Positions 20,282-31,813 of a stretch of 64,000 bases of DNA are shown here, piece after piece. The stretch lies in NCBI RefSeq assembly GCF_052425735.1, contig NC_135763.1, positions 14,508,001-14,572,000 of the forward strand, in the 5' to 3' direction. The notes beneath the pieces were generated by a model that did not search any database, was not told where the DNA came from, and saw nothing but the letters and a program-made list of their open reading frames with translations. How positions within the stretch are numbered: position 1 is the stretch's first letter; each line of letters opens with the position of its first letter. The position numbers were made by a program, and so were the translations under genes. This stretch comes from Oculina patagonica (Eukaryota).

Positions 20282-21337
20282 CTAGGGAAAGTTTAGTTCG
20301 TAGAGATTTATCGTTCTCTTTGATTCCTCCTCGTCCAATGACAACTGTAGCTGTTCTTTTAACACTCTTCTCCCACAGTCTGCAAACCTTTTGTCTTGAA
20401 AACACGAAAAAATAAAACTGTCTTTGACAGCTTCACAGGCTTTCTTGAATTGGTGTACAAGATGAGCTTCGTACAGATCTTCTTCACTGCTGAAAACTGT
20501 AGCACACCAATATACAATGGAAACTGTCGGCGACAGTACACCAAAGCTGACCGATCTAGGAGATGCACCATTGGTACACCTCTCTACAGCGAAATACAAG
20601 TCATGTTCTTGCATTAAATATTCAATATTAGAACGAAGAGGTTCGATAGGAAACCAATCCAAGATGATTACATTGTCTGGGAACAACGTTTGCGCTACAC
20701 GGCGAGCGAATATAACATCACATAGGTACTCCTTTGTGCAAGAAAGAATTTCCACTGGACTTATTTCGGTGATAATTTGATGTGATCGTAGAGTCGCCTT
20801 TTCAACGTTACAGCTTAAAATGTCTTGCTGTACAAGCTTCCTTCCAAAGGGAAAATTCTCGTCATATTTTGTTAATCGTTTCCGCCTAACGTTTGGAAAT
20901 GTTTTCCGTACGAACTCGTCCATCGCTTTTCCTTGCATTTTATGAACGCCTTGACCGCGAAACTCCGCTACAACACGCGCCGCGCGACTAACAAATGTTC
21001 TTCTCTCGTCTACAACAGAACACACAAGTAGTCCCACAGGGTTCTCGCCTGAATAAGAAAGCAGTACAGCTAAATCTTGCATCTTCATCCATTTGTGGAA
21101 TCTCACAGGAACATAGTCGTGTCCATTGTAGAGTCCTTCTGAAACTTTCAGAATTTCGTCGAAGTCGTTCGAACGAGCGAGACGAAAAGTGAGATCATGG
21201 TTCATGCGTGACTGATGCGAGGCCCGAGTCGTTCTAGAGATACCTTCCATCAACGAACTATTGATCATTCGCAGTGACTTCGGGAGCACCATAGAGAAAC
21301 GTCGTACCGAGCCCTGGGTTACAAGCATAGCGGCCAT
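20282..21337 (-). CDS. GNAT N-acetyltransferase, NAT16/histidine N-acetyltransferase-like (copy 1), intronless, 351 aa
   Basis: LTFRLA..DFDEILKVSEGLYNGHDYVP.RFHKW and SVVD..RTFV.RAARV..EFRGQGV (acetyl-CoA-binding motif A), typical of the NAT16/HISAT family. Confidence 0.85.
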   Translation of the reverse strand: MAAMLVTQGSVRRFSMVLPKSLRMINSSLMEGISRTTRASHQSRMNHDLTFRLARSNDFDEILKVSEGLYNGHDYVPVRFHKWMKMQDLAVLLSYSGENPVGLLVCSVVDERRTFVSRAARVVAEFRGQGVHKMQGKAMDEFVRKTFPNVRRKRLTKYDENFPFGRKLVQQDILSCNVEKATLRSHQIITEISPVEILSCTKEYLCDVIFARRVAQTLFPDNVIILDWFPIEPLRSNIEYLMQEHDLYFAVERCTNGASPRSVSFGVLSPTVSIVYWCATVFSSEEDLYEAHLVHQFKKACEAVKDSFIFSCFQDKRFADCGRRVLKEQLQLSLDEEESKRTINLYELNFP

Positions 21338-21815
21338 CTTTCTATGTCACTTGTGGACACTGGGGAGTGAAGGAGAGGACCAGTAACTAAAATCAACCAA
21401 TGGGAATGCTTATTCTAGATCCAATATTTTTAAGCATTGGACCGCGTGGAAATTGACAGCTCGTTTTAAATCATAAATTCGCGACATTCAATTCTCTGAA
21501 AAATGGACTTAGGCGGTCAACGAAGCGAGAAAGAGTAATAATTCTGATAGCTTTCTTCTGTAACACAAAAAAGAAGCTGCAAAGTAGTTTAAAGAGTATC
21601 ACTCAAAGCTATTAAACAACATAATAAAAAAAGGATTTACTAAAGTAAAAACAAATGTGTAAAAAGGTGCAACAAGGTTTTTGTGTTACACTTAATAGAA
21701 TGTCCACGCTTCTTTTAACCTTTCAGTCACGGGGTCCTTTTGATTCGATGTGTAACCTGTCAGGTTTGACCAAACGTGTGTAAATAAAACTCGACTCTAT
21801 TTTCTAGAGCCGGTC

Positions 21816-21996
21816 CTAGGGAAAGTTCATTTCGTAAAGGTGCATTAATTTCTTGCATCTCTCTTCATCTAATGCCAACTGTAGCTGTTCTGTTAACATT
21901 CTTCTCCCACAGTTTGTAAACCTTTTGTCTTCAAAACACGAAAAAAAAACTATCTTTGACAACTTTCACCTGCTCTCTTGAATTGGTGCACAAGAT
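21816..21996 (-). pseudogene. 3'-terminal fragment of a third NAT16-like copy
   Basis: Reverse complement encodes LVHQFK..KRFTNCGRRMLTEQLQLALDEERCKKLMHLYEMNFP*, with indels; truncated next to the PIF1 relic. Confidence 0.85.
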
Positions 21997-22860
21997 CACA
22001 GGCGACCTAAATTCACGATTTGAGAAATCGATCGAATAAATGATTTATGTAAACGTCTGGAATCTAAACGACAAGCTTAAAAATGGCAGTAAAGGAGTAT
22101 TCATGGAGTGCGTCGGTGACAAGCTCAAAGTGAGGTTTCCGGCCGTTGGTTCAGTGAAAATCGAGAGGCAGTCCCCTGCATGGTACAAAAGGGACAGAAA
22201 AGGAAACATTGTTTGCAGTATATATCAGTTTCTCCTAGTTTTGGCATATGCTGTTACATGCCACAAGTCACAAGGCCTTGCACTCCCAGCCGCCGTTGTC
22301 CATTGCTCCAACGAGTTCGTGCCCGACCTAACTTACGTAGCTTTATCCAGAATGAAGGATCCAAGCCACCTGCAAGTATTGAATTTTATCACTCAGTATT
22401 TGCTTCCTCTAAATCCGCGAGCACTAAAAGAATGTTCCACCGATCTGGGAAACCTATTGTTTTTCAGATTAGCCTGAACAGGTTCTTACAAAAATGGTTA
22501 TTAACACAAATTTAGGCTAATTAGTTCTTACAAGAGAGGATAAGGTTCTTAAAAGGTTCTTAATTTCTGAGGAAAAAATTTCAATGTCGTTTAATAGAGA
22601 TTTTAATCCATATGTTGACTTATTATATTTTTCCCAAAAGTAAACATATTAAATCAATTTTAGAAAATAAGAACCTGTTTTCAAATTTTAGGCTAAATAG
22701 GTTCTTATAAAAATGGTATCTAATTTGCAAATTTTAGCCTAACAGGTTCTTAAATGTTACTCGCGGGTTTTTACTGTCAGCTAAGAGACTTTCACCTTTC
22801 CGTCTGAGGTCTACGATGATCCAGTAGCTTCGTACTACGAACAAGGCGATGAAGAAATTG

Positions 22861-23352
22861 TTATGCATCAGTCAATTCCAGCAGTACCCATCCCCCCGGG
22901 CAACCCCGGGGCATTTCCTAATGTTGCCCGTCCCGAGGGTGGGGCATTTGCGTACCTCGGGTTGACCCCCGGGCATTTGACACGTACTTTCAAAACCGTG
23001 GAGTGAGTCGCGTATTCGTGATGGAGGCGTTTATTAGCCAAGACGTTGACTACGTTGCAGATTAGCTAGTTCACGAATGATAGAGAAGCTCGTGGATGTT
23101 CGTGGATGTTTTTAAAGGTATATTTTCTCAATTTTAGATATTTCTTCATTGCTAAGAAGCAACAACTTGTATTATATTCTTATATCACCTATCGAGAGAT
23201 TGAAAACAATTAACCCGGGAGCGGGGCATTTGCCCGGTTCCTTCATCCCCACCCCGGGGAATTTGCCAATTTTTTTTAAAGAAATGCTAATGCCCGGGGG
23301 TTAGCCGGGGGGGGGGGGGGGATGGGCACTGCTGGAATTGACTGATGCATTA
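22861..23352. mobile_element. MITE with about 30-bp TIRs inserted in the PIF1 relic
   Basis: atgcatcagtcaattccagcagt.cccatcccccc / ggggggatgggcactgctggaattgactgatgcat. Confidence 0.85.
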
Positions 23353-23426
23353 TTTGAACTGTCGAAACCTGATTCAGAACTTTCGTCACCGCCAGCCTCA
23401 ATAGAAGTAAGAGAGATTCTCAATTC

Positions 23427-24457
23427 TCAATTCTCAATTGAAAAAAGTCACTTACAATTTTGCAAACGCTACTTACAAGTAATAAGAAGGCATCTAATAT
23501 TGCATGCCGGGCTGAAATGGGTCGATTCCCTTTAACCTTTGATATAAATAAACGAATTCTTAAGTACATAAGTTATCTTCAAAATAAAGATCAAAACTCC
23601 CTCGCCGTGCAATCACTGATAATGTCAATAGATCTTCACTGTAATGGTAAAAATAGTTTTTATTCCAATCCTCAATTATTATGACATTTCCTTTAACTTT
23701 AATCATGACACTTTAGATGACACTAAGATAACGTACCTTGTAGATCAAATGAAAAAGAAATATATCGCTTATTGGAAACATTCCCTTTGTAATTCGCAAA
23801 AACTAGAATTTTTTAATACTTTGTCCAAGATATTCATCAATTAGAGACATCTTTTTCAATAAAATAGATCATATAATTTCGAATCCCAAGCAGTTATCAA
23901 TTTCAACCTTAATTGTGCAATAAATGAACTCCACTGACTATTATATTAATATGCAATTAGTGCAGTTTATATCGTCCTGTATGGAATTGAGAGACTAATT
24001 ATTATCAAATTCTTGATCACTGATTATTTGATCAGTTTTTTTTAATGACTTTTCATTGTAATTATTACTATTATATATTACCTTAGTGGGAGGCACGGTG
24101 ACCTAATGGTTAGCGCGCTCGCCTCCGAGTCGCACGGCCCGGGTTCGAGGCCTGGCCGGGACGCTGCGTTGTGTTCTTGGGCAAGACACTTTACTCTCAT
24201 AGTGCCTCTCTCCACCCAGGTGTATAAATGGGTACCGGCGAATTTTACTGCTGGGGGGTAACCCTGCGATGGACTAGCATCCCATCCAGGGGGGAGTAGC
24301 AATACTCTCAGTCGCTTAATGCTACGGAAACAGGGATAAGCTCCGGCCTGTATGGGCCACTAGGCTCGAAGCAGACTTTACGTTTTACCTATATTACCTT
24401 ATGCTTTGCAATACTGTAATGTTTTATGGTCATGCAAATAAAGCTCAAATGTTGTTG
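23427..24457 (+). mobile_element. 5'-truncated non-LTR retrotransposon 3' end with TSD
   Basis: HLQFCKRYL..KKASNIACRAEMGRFPL (post-RT C-terminal motif); aataaa then gttgttg tail; TSD tctcaattc (23418-23426, 24458-24466). Removing it rejoins EILNS-MKIGKPLS. Confidence 0.75.
24086..24389 (+). mobile_element. Full-length Nin/Deu-type SINE nested in the LINE, 12-bp TSD
   Basis: Highly similar to 8039-8343; TSD tatattacctta at 24074-24085 and 24390-24401. Confidence 0.9.
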
Positions 24458-24744
24458 TCTCAATTCAATGAAAATTGGCAAACCCTTAAGTGAGCGCGCA
24501 GAAGAAAAAAATCTTTGTATCCAACAGCTGGTTGATGAAAGTGTAAGACAAGACAACTGCTTTCACCAAATTGGTATGGCTCCTCTTTTATCAATTGTTC
24601 AAAGATCATATCATTGAAAACACGGAAGAATTGATCTTTAACCTTTCTGACACGTGGAGGGTTCACTGGTTGCACAGCAAAGGTTCACAAATTCCTCAAT
24701 TCTCCCACATTTGTTGAGTATTTAAGAGGTCTTTCTAACAGGTC

Positions 24745-24892
24745 AATTCCGAAATATTAATATTCTAACTTGGCTCCGAGGCTTGGAGGAATAAAACAAA
24801 AAACATGTTTTATTCAGTCCTGAACCTCGACGTAATATCTTTTGTTTTATTCCCCCAAGCCTCGGAGCCAAGTTAGAATTTTAATATATCGA

Positions 24893-24895
<3 letters not shown>
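24745..24895. mobile_element. Palindromic MITE
   Basis: attctaacttggctccgaggcttgg..aataaaacaaa inverted as tttgttttatt..ccaagcctcggagccaagttagaat. Confidence 0.7.
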
Positions 24896-24966
<71 letters not shown>

Positions 24967-25565
24967 CTTTATTACCGTGTCTGTGTGTTTAGCCCTTATG
25001 GACTAATTGGGGACACAATTAAAATACCTAAAATACTATTAGTAATGCTAAGCTAAAAATATTTAAAACACTTAACTAAAAATAAAAACTAATATTTACA
25101 ATGTCTTAAGCGCAACAGAGTTTGCAACAGTTACTATTGTTGTCCACGTAGTCCGATAGATTGAGTTTTCTAATTTTAGTTTTGAATGCAGCCACAGTCG
25201 GCGAGTTTTTCAGTTCTTTGCTTAATTTTGACCATAGAAGTGGTCCAAGATATCTGATACAATGTTTCCCGTAGCGTTTAGTATCAAAACGCGGTAAGAC
25301 AAAATCACTGTTTCTAAGCGAGTGTGTAGTGTCTTTGCGGACAAAAAGGGCAGAGACGTTGTCTGGCGCAAGCCCGTTCTTGACCTTATACATAAGCGTT
25401 GCTGTATCTTGTAAACGCCTATTATATAGTGTGGGCAAATCTGCCCGTCCCAAGAGTTCGTTATAGGTTTCGGCGTGGGATCTGAATATAACTCTTAATG
25501 CGCGTTCCTGAATTCTCTCAAGTTTCCTTTTGTCCGATGACTTACAAAACTGCCATGTTAAACTG
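24895..25565 (-). mobile_element. CR1/L2-clade LINE 3' fragment with (TTA)n tail
   Basis: ORF2 C-terminus KLERIQERALRVIF..LPTLYNRR..MYKV..LRN..LPRF..YG..IRYLGP.LW..L..FK; aataaa then an (att)n microsatellite at 24895-24962. Confidence 0.85.
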
Positions 25566-26299
25566 CAACAAAGTAAGACCTGCCCAGACAGCAGTTGCGA
25601 CTGCTTTAACAATGAAGTTGTATGATAAGTTCTTGGGCCATTTAGTGCACATCATCTCCAGCAATCAGGAAACAGAAACTGATCAGCCTACCAGGTTTGA
25701 TCTCTCTGAAATGTCTGACCCTGGAAACGCCAAAATCAGACACGTCGGTGGATGGGCAATCAGAAGGTTGCCGGAAGACATCCACACCAAAGACAAGCGC
25801 ACCTTGTAAAAAGTGAAGGAAAGTGTCTCAATCTGCGATCTCATCGAGGGGACCCTCCTGGTACCCCGATGCACAACTAGAAAGCTCCACTAGCCAACCA
25901 GAAACGCTGGCAGTAACTGAGGCGAGGCAGTTTCGTGAGAGAGGCCTAGTGCATATATCCGATGCATGTTTTCAAGTGTTTATGCGCATGGAACAACTAC
26001 GTGTTGATCTTATGAACTCAAAGAAACTTCAACAACACAAGAAAGATCTTATTTCTAAGTCCTATGAAGAGATGGCCACAAACAAGCAGTTGAAAACTCT
26101 TTGGTTTGCCTGCTTTCCGGAAAACGACTTGATCGAGAAATTACACTGGAACATGTACACTTGTTTTCAGAAAAGGTCCGTTCATTTCTTCCTTTAGGAG
26201 TCGCATTCGGTGAATATTTTCCGTATTAAAGGCAATATATGCACTACACTGTATAAGAAATCGAGAACTGCAGACCTGATACGAAGTTGGATAATAACA

Positions 26300-26700
26300 A
26301 TTCAATTTTAGCCAAAAAAACTCCCATATTACAATTTCAGTGTCGATCGGAGTGCCTCTATAAGCATGCATAAGCGCCAGAGCGGAGAGCCGCTCAGTTC
26401 TCATCAGTAGTTGAGCGCATGTAGGTCTTGATTCTTCTTATGATGTTAAATAACTACTCTGGCGTCGTAGTGGACACTGGCATTGTACGTAAAAAGAATC
26501 GTAAGAACTGTAGTTACGTTTGGGTACAAGACTTTATTCGAGGTTTCGATGGTCTCCATTATTGACCACTTGGTTTCTCCACAGTATGTGCACACTTTGC
26601 CTCCCATCTTAGAACTTCATTGTCATACGCTACCTTATCAGAAAGTTCGCCCCTGTTAGTTTCGTGGATCTTACTATCAAGCACTTCTGATCTGCTCAAA
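26300..26700 (-). pseudogene. hAT transposase C-terminal dimerization-domain fragment
   Basis: NEVLRW..LYPNVTTVLTIL..TMPVSTTTPE*..IRRIKTYMRST..ERLSALALMH, with stops and frameshifts. Confidence 0.8.
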
Positions 26701-26864
26701 GCCCATTTGTGAAAAAACTCGAAAGATAATGTCAACACAAAGTTTATTCTAGGAGAGTACTTTAAAGACCGTACCGTGGGCGGAGGTAAAAGAGCAATAG
26801 AAACTTCCGGTCCAATACCGAGAAAATATTGGATCGGTAAAAAACAAGCTGTTTGATTGATTTA

Positions 26865-28070
26865 GCGACTGGTCAATAAGTAGAGGGGGAGTGGGCCGGA
26901 GCAGAAAGGGGGTGGGTCATCAGTTTTTGAGCCCTCAAAAAGGGGTGGGTTATGTAGATTTGATCCACACGTAGGGGGTGGGTCATCTTACTTATATCAG
27001 TATAAATTGATAAATTTTTCGAAGTGACCAATTTTAAATGATTTTCTAGCAATTTCAGGAGGCCCAAATATAAAAATTTCCCGGGGGAGCATGCCCCTGA
27101 CCCCCCTGGATGGCTAATGATCATAACATCAGTTTTGCCTGTCTGTCTTCAGCCTGTGTAGGTTCACTCTGTGTCTAGGCTTTCACCAGTAAACTCTTTT
27201 CTCAAACACTTTGCAAATATGAATTATAGACAGTGGGTTGTAGACAATTTCTGTTATCAGTTTCAATATTTCTTGAATAATTGTTTATGAATTAATATTA
27301 TGTACTGTTTCCGTTTTCGCATATGTTTGTGTCTAAATTTTCCCATGGACTTAAAACTGATTTCCAGTCCGTACTGCGCAGACCCGGGGTTTGTTTTCGT
27401 TTTTGTTTTGAATTCGTTGAAACGTTACACTTCGGTGACAGCATACATGAAGTTTTTAGTCCGCCATTACAGTTCATTTCGTTCAAGAATTTCCGATGAG
27501 CTGAAACGTCGGTTTGAAATAGCGGCAAGGTTCCTCTACTCGTTATTATTTGTTCTGCAAGGATATCTGGCGTTAATTATGAAGAAAAAGGTAAGTTTAT
27601 CGCGGAATTTTTAGTTTTGCTTGTAAACATTCATTCGTGTGGGCTCACATAAACATTGCAGCCGAGATTGCGCAGTACGGACTGGAATTCATCTTTAACA
27701 CACAAATATGTGGAAAACTTAAAAAAGACTTGTATAAAAGGTGAGAAATTTTTCCTTCTTTGGTGCTAAGAAATGGAAAAAGACGTATACGGAACCGCAG
27801 TGTCCATCAGGGAAAATTAGGGTGGTTTCTGTAGGGAATCACACTTTAAAAGCTGATATCAAATCAAAAACCTCCAACCGCTTACAGAATAATTGATATT
27901 TTGAGCAAAGGGGGTGGGACATTGAATTTTCACTCTCCTCACAGGGGTGGGTCAGTCAGTTTTGAGCCAGAAGGAAGGGGTGGGTCACAAATTTTCAAGC
28001 CACCACTTTTCCAATTGCTCCGGCCCACCGCCCCCCCCCCCCCCCCCCCTGGTACTTATTGACCAGTCCC
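26865..28070. mobile_element. PIF/Harbinger-type non-autonomous element with TTA TSD
   Basis: TTA-gcgactggtcaataagta ... tacttattgaccagtccc-TTA; internal ggggtgggtca repeats. Confidence 0.8.
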
Positions 28071-28123
28071 TTAGTTTAAATGCTCATGCGATCAGACAAA
28101 AGACGTACTATTAGTTAGACGTG

Positions 28124-29200
28124 ATGAAGAACATGGTCCGATCTCAGGCAATGAACGCAACACTGGGCTTTGCACGTTCTCTCTCTATGGTCCTCCTAAA
28201 GTCGCTGCGAATGATCAATAGTTCGTTGATGGAAGGTATCTCTAGAACGACTCGGGCCTCGCATCAGTCACGCATGAACCATGATCTCACTTTTCGTCTG
28301 GCTCGATCGAACGACTTCGACAAAATTCTGAAAGTTTCAGAAGGACTCTACAATGGACACGACTATGTTCCTGTGAGATTCCACAAATGGATGAAGATGC
28401 AAGATTTAGCTGTACTGCTTTCTTATTCAGGCGAGAACCCTGTGGGGTTACTTGTGTGTTCTGTTGTGGACGAAGGAAGAACATTTGTTAGTCGCGCAGC
28501 GCGTGTTGTAGCGGAGTTTCGCGGTCAAGGCGTTCATAAAATGCAAGGAAAAGCGATGGACGAGTTCGTACGGAAAACATTTCCAAACGTTAGGCGGAAA
28601 CGATTAACAAAACAGGACGAGAATTTTCCCTTAGGAAGGAAGATTGTACAGCAAGACATTTTAAGCTGTTACGTTGAAAAGGCGACTCTACGATCACATC
28701 AAATTATCACCGGAACAAGTTCAATGGAAATTGTCCCTTGCACAAAGGAGTACCTATGCGATGTAATTTTCGCTAGCCGTGTAGCGCAGACGTTGTTCCC
28801 AGACAATGTAATCATCTTGGATTGGTTTCCAATCGAGCCTCTTCGTTCTAATATAGAATATTTAATGCAAGAACATGACTTGTATTTCGCTGTAGAGGGG
28901 TGTACCAATGGTACATCTCCTAGATCGATCAGCTTTGGCGTACCGTCGCCGAGAGTTTCAAAACGTGTATTTTATTGTGCTACAGTTTACACTAGTGAAG
29001 AAGATCTGTACAAAGCTCATCTTGTGCACCAATTCAAGAAATCCTGTGAAGTTGTCAAAGATGGTTTTGTTTTCTCTTGTTATCAAGACAAAAGGTTTAC
29101 AAACTGTGGGAGAAGAGTGTTAACAGAACAGCTACAGTTGGCATTAGATGAAGAAAGATGCAAGAAAACGATGAACCTTTATGGAATTAACTTTCCCTAG
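28124..29200 (+). CDS. GNAT N-acetyltransferase, NAT16/HISAT-like (copy 2), intronless; start codon uncertain
   Basis: Near-identical to copy 1 over the GNAT domain; first ATG at 28124, alternative in-frame ATGs downstream; TAG at 29198-29200. Confidence 0.85.
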   Translation: MKNMVRSQAMNATLGFARSLSMVLLKSLRMINSSLMEGISRTTRASHQSRMNHDLTFRLARSNDFDKILKVSEGLYNGHDYVPVRFHKWMKMQDLAVLLSYSGENPVGLLVCSVVDEGRTFVSRAARVVAEFRGQGVHKMQGKAMDEFVRKTFPNVRRKRLTKQDENFPLGRKIVQQDILSCYVEKATLRSHQIITGTSSMEIVPCTKEYLCDVIFASRVAQTLFPDNVIILDWFPIEPLRSNIEYLMQEHDLYFAVEGCTNGTSPRSISFGVPSPRVSKRVFYCATVYTSEEDLYKAHLVHQFKKSCEVVKDGFVFSCYQDKRFTNCGRRVLTEQLQLALDEERCKKTMNLYGINFP

Positions 29201-31813
29201 TCTCGGTTCGACTCGGTTGTCTCGAAAACAATGCTTATGCAAAATTTTGGAGGGACATCAAAGAGTATTCTGGTATTTTTGAAAAGGCATACACTTGGTC
29301 ACACTTGACAGGTTACACATTAAGCAAAACGATCCCGTAACTAAAGGTTACGACCACATACTGTTTTTTTTTTTTCCGATTCGTGACGAATCCGGATGTT
29401 TTGTTACCGGATTTGCTTTGCCGTATGCACACAGGTGTGGGAATCCGAATAAAAAACGTCCCGGTTTGGTCGCGTCTCCAGAGATTTTGATTCCGAAATC
29501 CAAAGTGAATACATTGTTTCCGAATACTTTGGAATCCGCAATGTTTTGTCCCATAAACAAGTCTTGCAGTGAATCCGGATATTTAGTGACCTCTCTCCAT
29601 GTTCCATTCTTCTTCTTCTTGGCGATACAAATCAACGCTTTTGTAATACCCTCGTACTTGCTCTTAACGCTTCCTTACTCTACCCCTTGATAATCCTTTT
29701 TGCAACTGTGCGAACGCACCACTCCTAACAGTAGCTCCACTTCATCACCTGTACAACTAACGCTTTCTGTGGCATCTTGCTTGTTATATAGGAATTGTTT
29801 TTTGATTTTTGGTTGGAGACATAGTTCTTGTACGGCTTTTTCCCCAGGCCTTCACGGTATTACTGACGTCACTACTCGTTTCGGTGACGTATCCGGGACG
29901 AACCACTTGACCCGAAACGAGTTGACCGCGACGAAAATAGAGGCCTAGTAACTAGGCCAGCATCGTGCTCCGTTCTGGAGCTCGTTTTTTTGCGGTATTT
30001 TGTTCATTTGGACCGAGCAACAAACTGCTTGGCGATCGTTCCCGAATTAATGTCCCCAGATTATCGATATGTGTGTAAACGGTTGAGAACCGGCCGAAAA
30101 CCCTGTTTATGAAAACGTCTAAGGATCCAAATACCCCTTAAAGTCGAGATGAATCCGAAAACTAGTGTAAACGTAGTCTAAGTAGGCTCTTACCGAAAGT
30201 GCTAGCACTTTTTTGGCATTATTTGGCTTCGCGAGCATTTTTTTTAACATTTTATCCCAAAAAGCACTGCTAGCATTATTTTGGAATTTCGACTGACTAT
30301 TTGTCTAATTTTGTGTTAAAAAGCACAATCTGACTTTATTTATGGCGTCCAAAGAAGCATTAGGTTTGATACGTCATTTTCATGTTGCGCTTTATTAATT
30401 AAAATAATCCAGCCATAAAGTGCGTCTGTTCGAAATATTTTAATTCAAGGCCCTTTAAAAAACCTAAATGATGGATTTACATACCCTTTCATATACCTTA
30501 ACTTCTGAAATCCCTACCCTTTTATATACCTGAACCGTGAAAAAGGTACCCCTTTCGGGCGGAGCCTCCTAGTACAGGCCATTATATGGAGTAGCCCTCC
30601 TTTTATTCGGGTCAGCAACCTCGAGTGTAACAATTTAGGTAAAATCGTTAGTTATTTATTAGTAACCGAACTAAACTAAAGAAAATTAATTTAAATTTAC
30701 TGATTTAACTGCCTTGTGGTGTTTTCGAACTCCTGATGAATACAAGAAGTAAATATCCGGAGATATAGGAACAAACAACATCGCTAAGATATAATCCGAT
30801 CCATATGTACTTTTAATTTCCTCCTTGCAGGCGGCAAACAGTTGTGATGTGTACTTTGCACGCCTTTAGAATATTCTAAATCTCATAAGAAAAATCGATG
30901 CATACACCTGGAAAGCAAGACGGACTGCTGAATGACTTTGTAAAAGGGTGCACGCATCAAAAGTACTTTTTACTACCCATTCGAAGCAAGGCGTGTTACG
31001 GTTTTCGCTACACTTCTGAGGTGAAAAATGACAATCCCTTGATTTGCTTTCCTATGTGCTTCTTGTCAATTTTTTTTATGTTCTCCTTATCCTCAGTTAA
31101 TTTGTAAACGAAAACGAAACCGGATACCGAGATAAGCTTCATCAAATAAATGTTCTTCACTAAAATTAAATTTAAAAGGAATAAAAAAAATTAATAAACT
31201 AAATGTTTTGAACTGAAATCTGCAACTTTGTGATTGGTCAACTAACTCGTGCATGAATGTAGCTATGACGTCACGTGTCGATAGTTTCAAGTATAGTAAA
31301 GCAAACACTCAAAACTCTCGGCTCATTTCTTGCTCTTTCTTTCGAATCTGACGTCCAGAAAGTTGGCTGCTTAAGAGTTCGGAATGCTGTGAATACTTGC
31401 CTCAGAAGCTGAACAAAAAACTCTTTATTTCAAAGTAAACTTCTAGCCTCTGCAAGAAGAATTGATAACAAAAGTGTATGCTTGTTGAAACAAATTCGCA
31501 TTATCTAACTTGGAACCTCTTGAACCCCGCATCGTATTTAATTAAACTAGAGTAAATTTAGTTGATAAGACCTATAAAATATTATGAAAATTTCTATAAT
31601 AATTAAAACCTGTCACAAGAAAGTCAATAAACAAAATTCAACATGTTTCAGATCTTTAAAAAAAGATTATTTACCGATATTTGACTCATAAGTAACTCAC
31701 TCACTCACATTATAAAAGGAAATCTACAGAAGCCCGCTAAACTTGCTGCTTTTCCCGCCTTTTTCTAAGCTGAGAAAGCATTTGATTCTCTTGGCTTTAA
31801 ACCGGGATACTGT

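Larger units (their letters stand above)
22040..26145 (+). pseudogene. Decayed PIF1-family helicase ORF with a long C-terminal extension, probably transposon-derived, interrupted by nested insertions
   Basis: LKNGSKG..QFLLVLAYAVTCHKSQG..AVVH...F...LTYVALSR (PIF1 motifs IV-VI) at 22040-22450. Coding-like pieces resume at about 22765, 23353, 24458 and 25566 (..AKIRHVGGWAIRR..RERGLVHISDACFQVF..). Confidence 0.7.
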
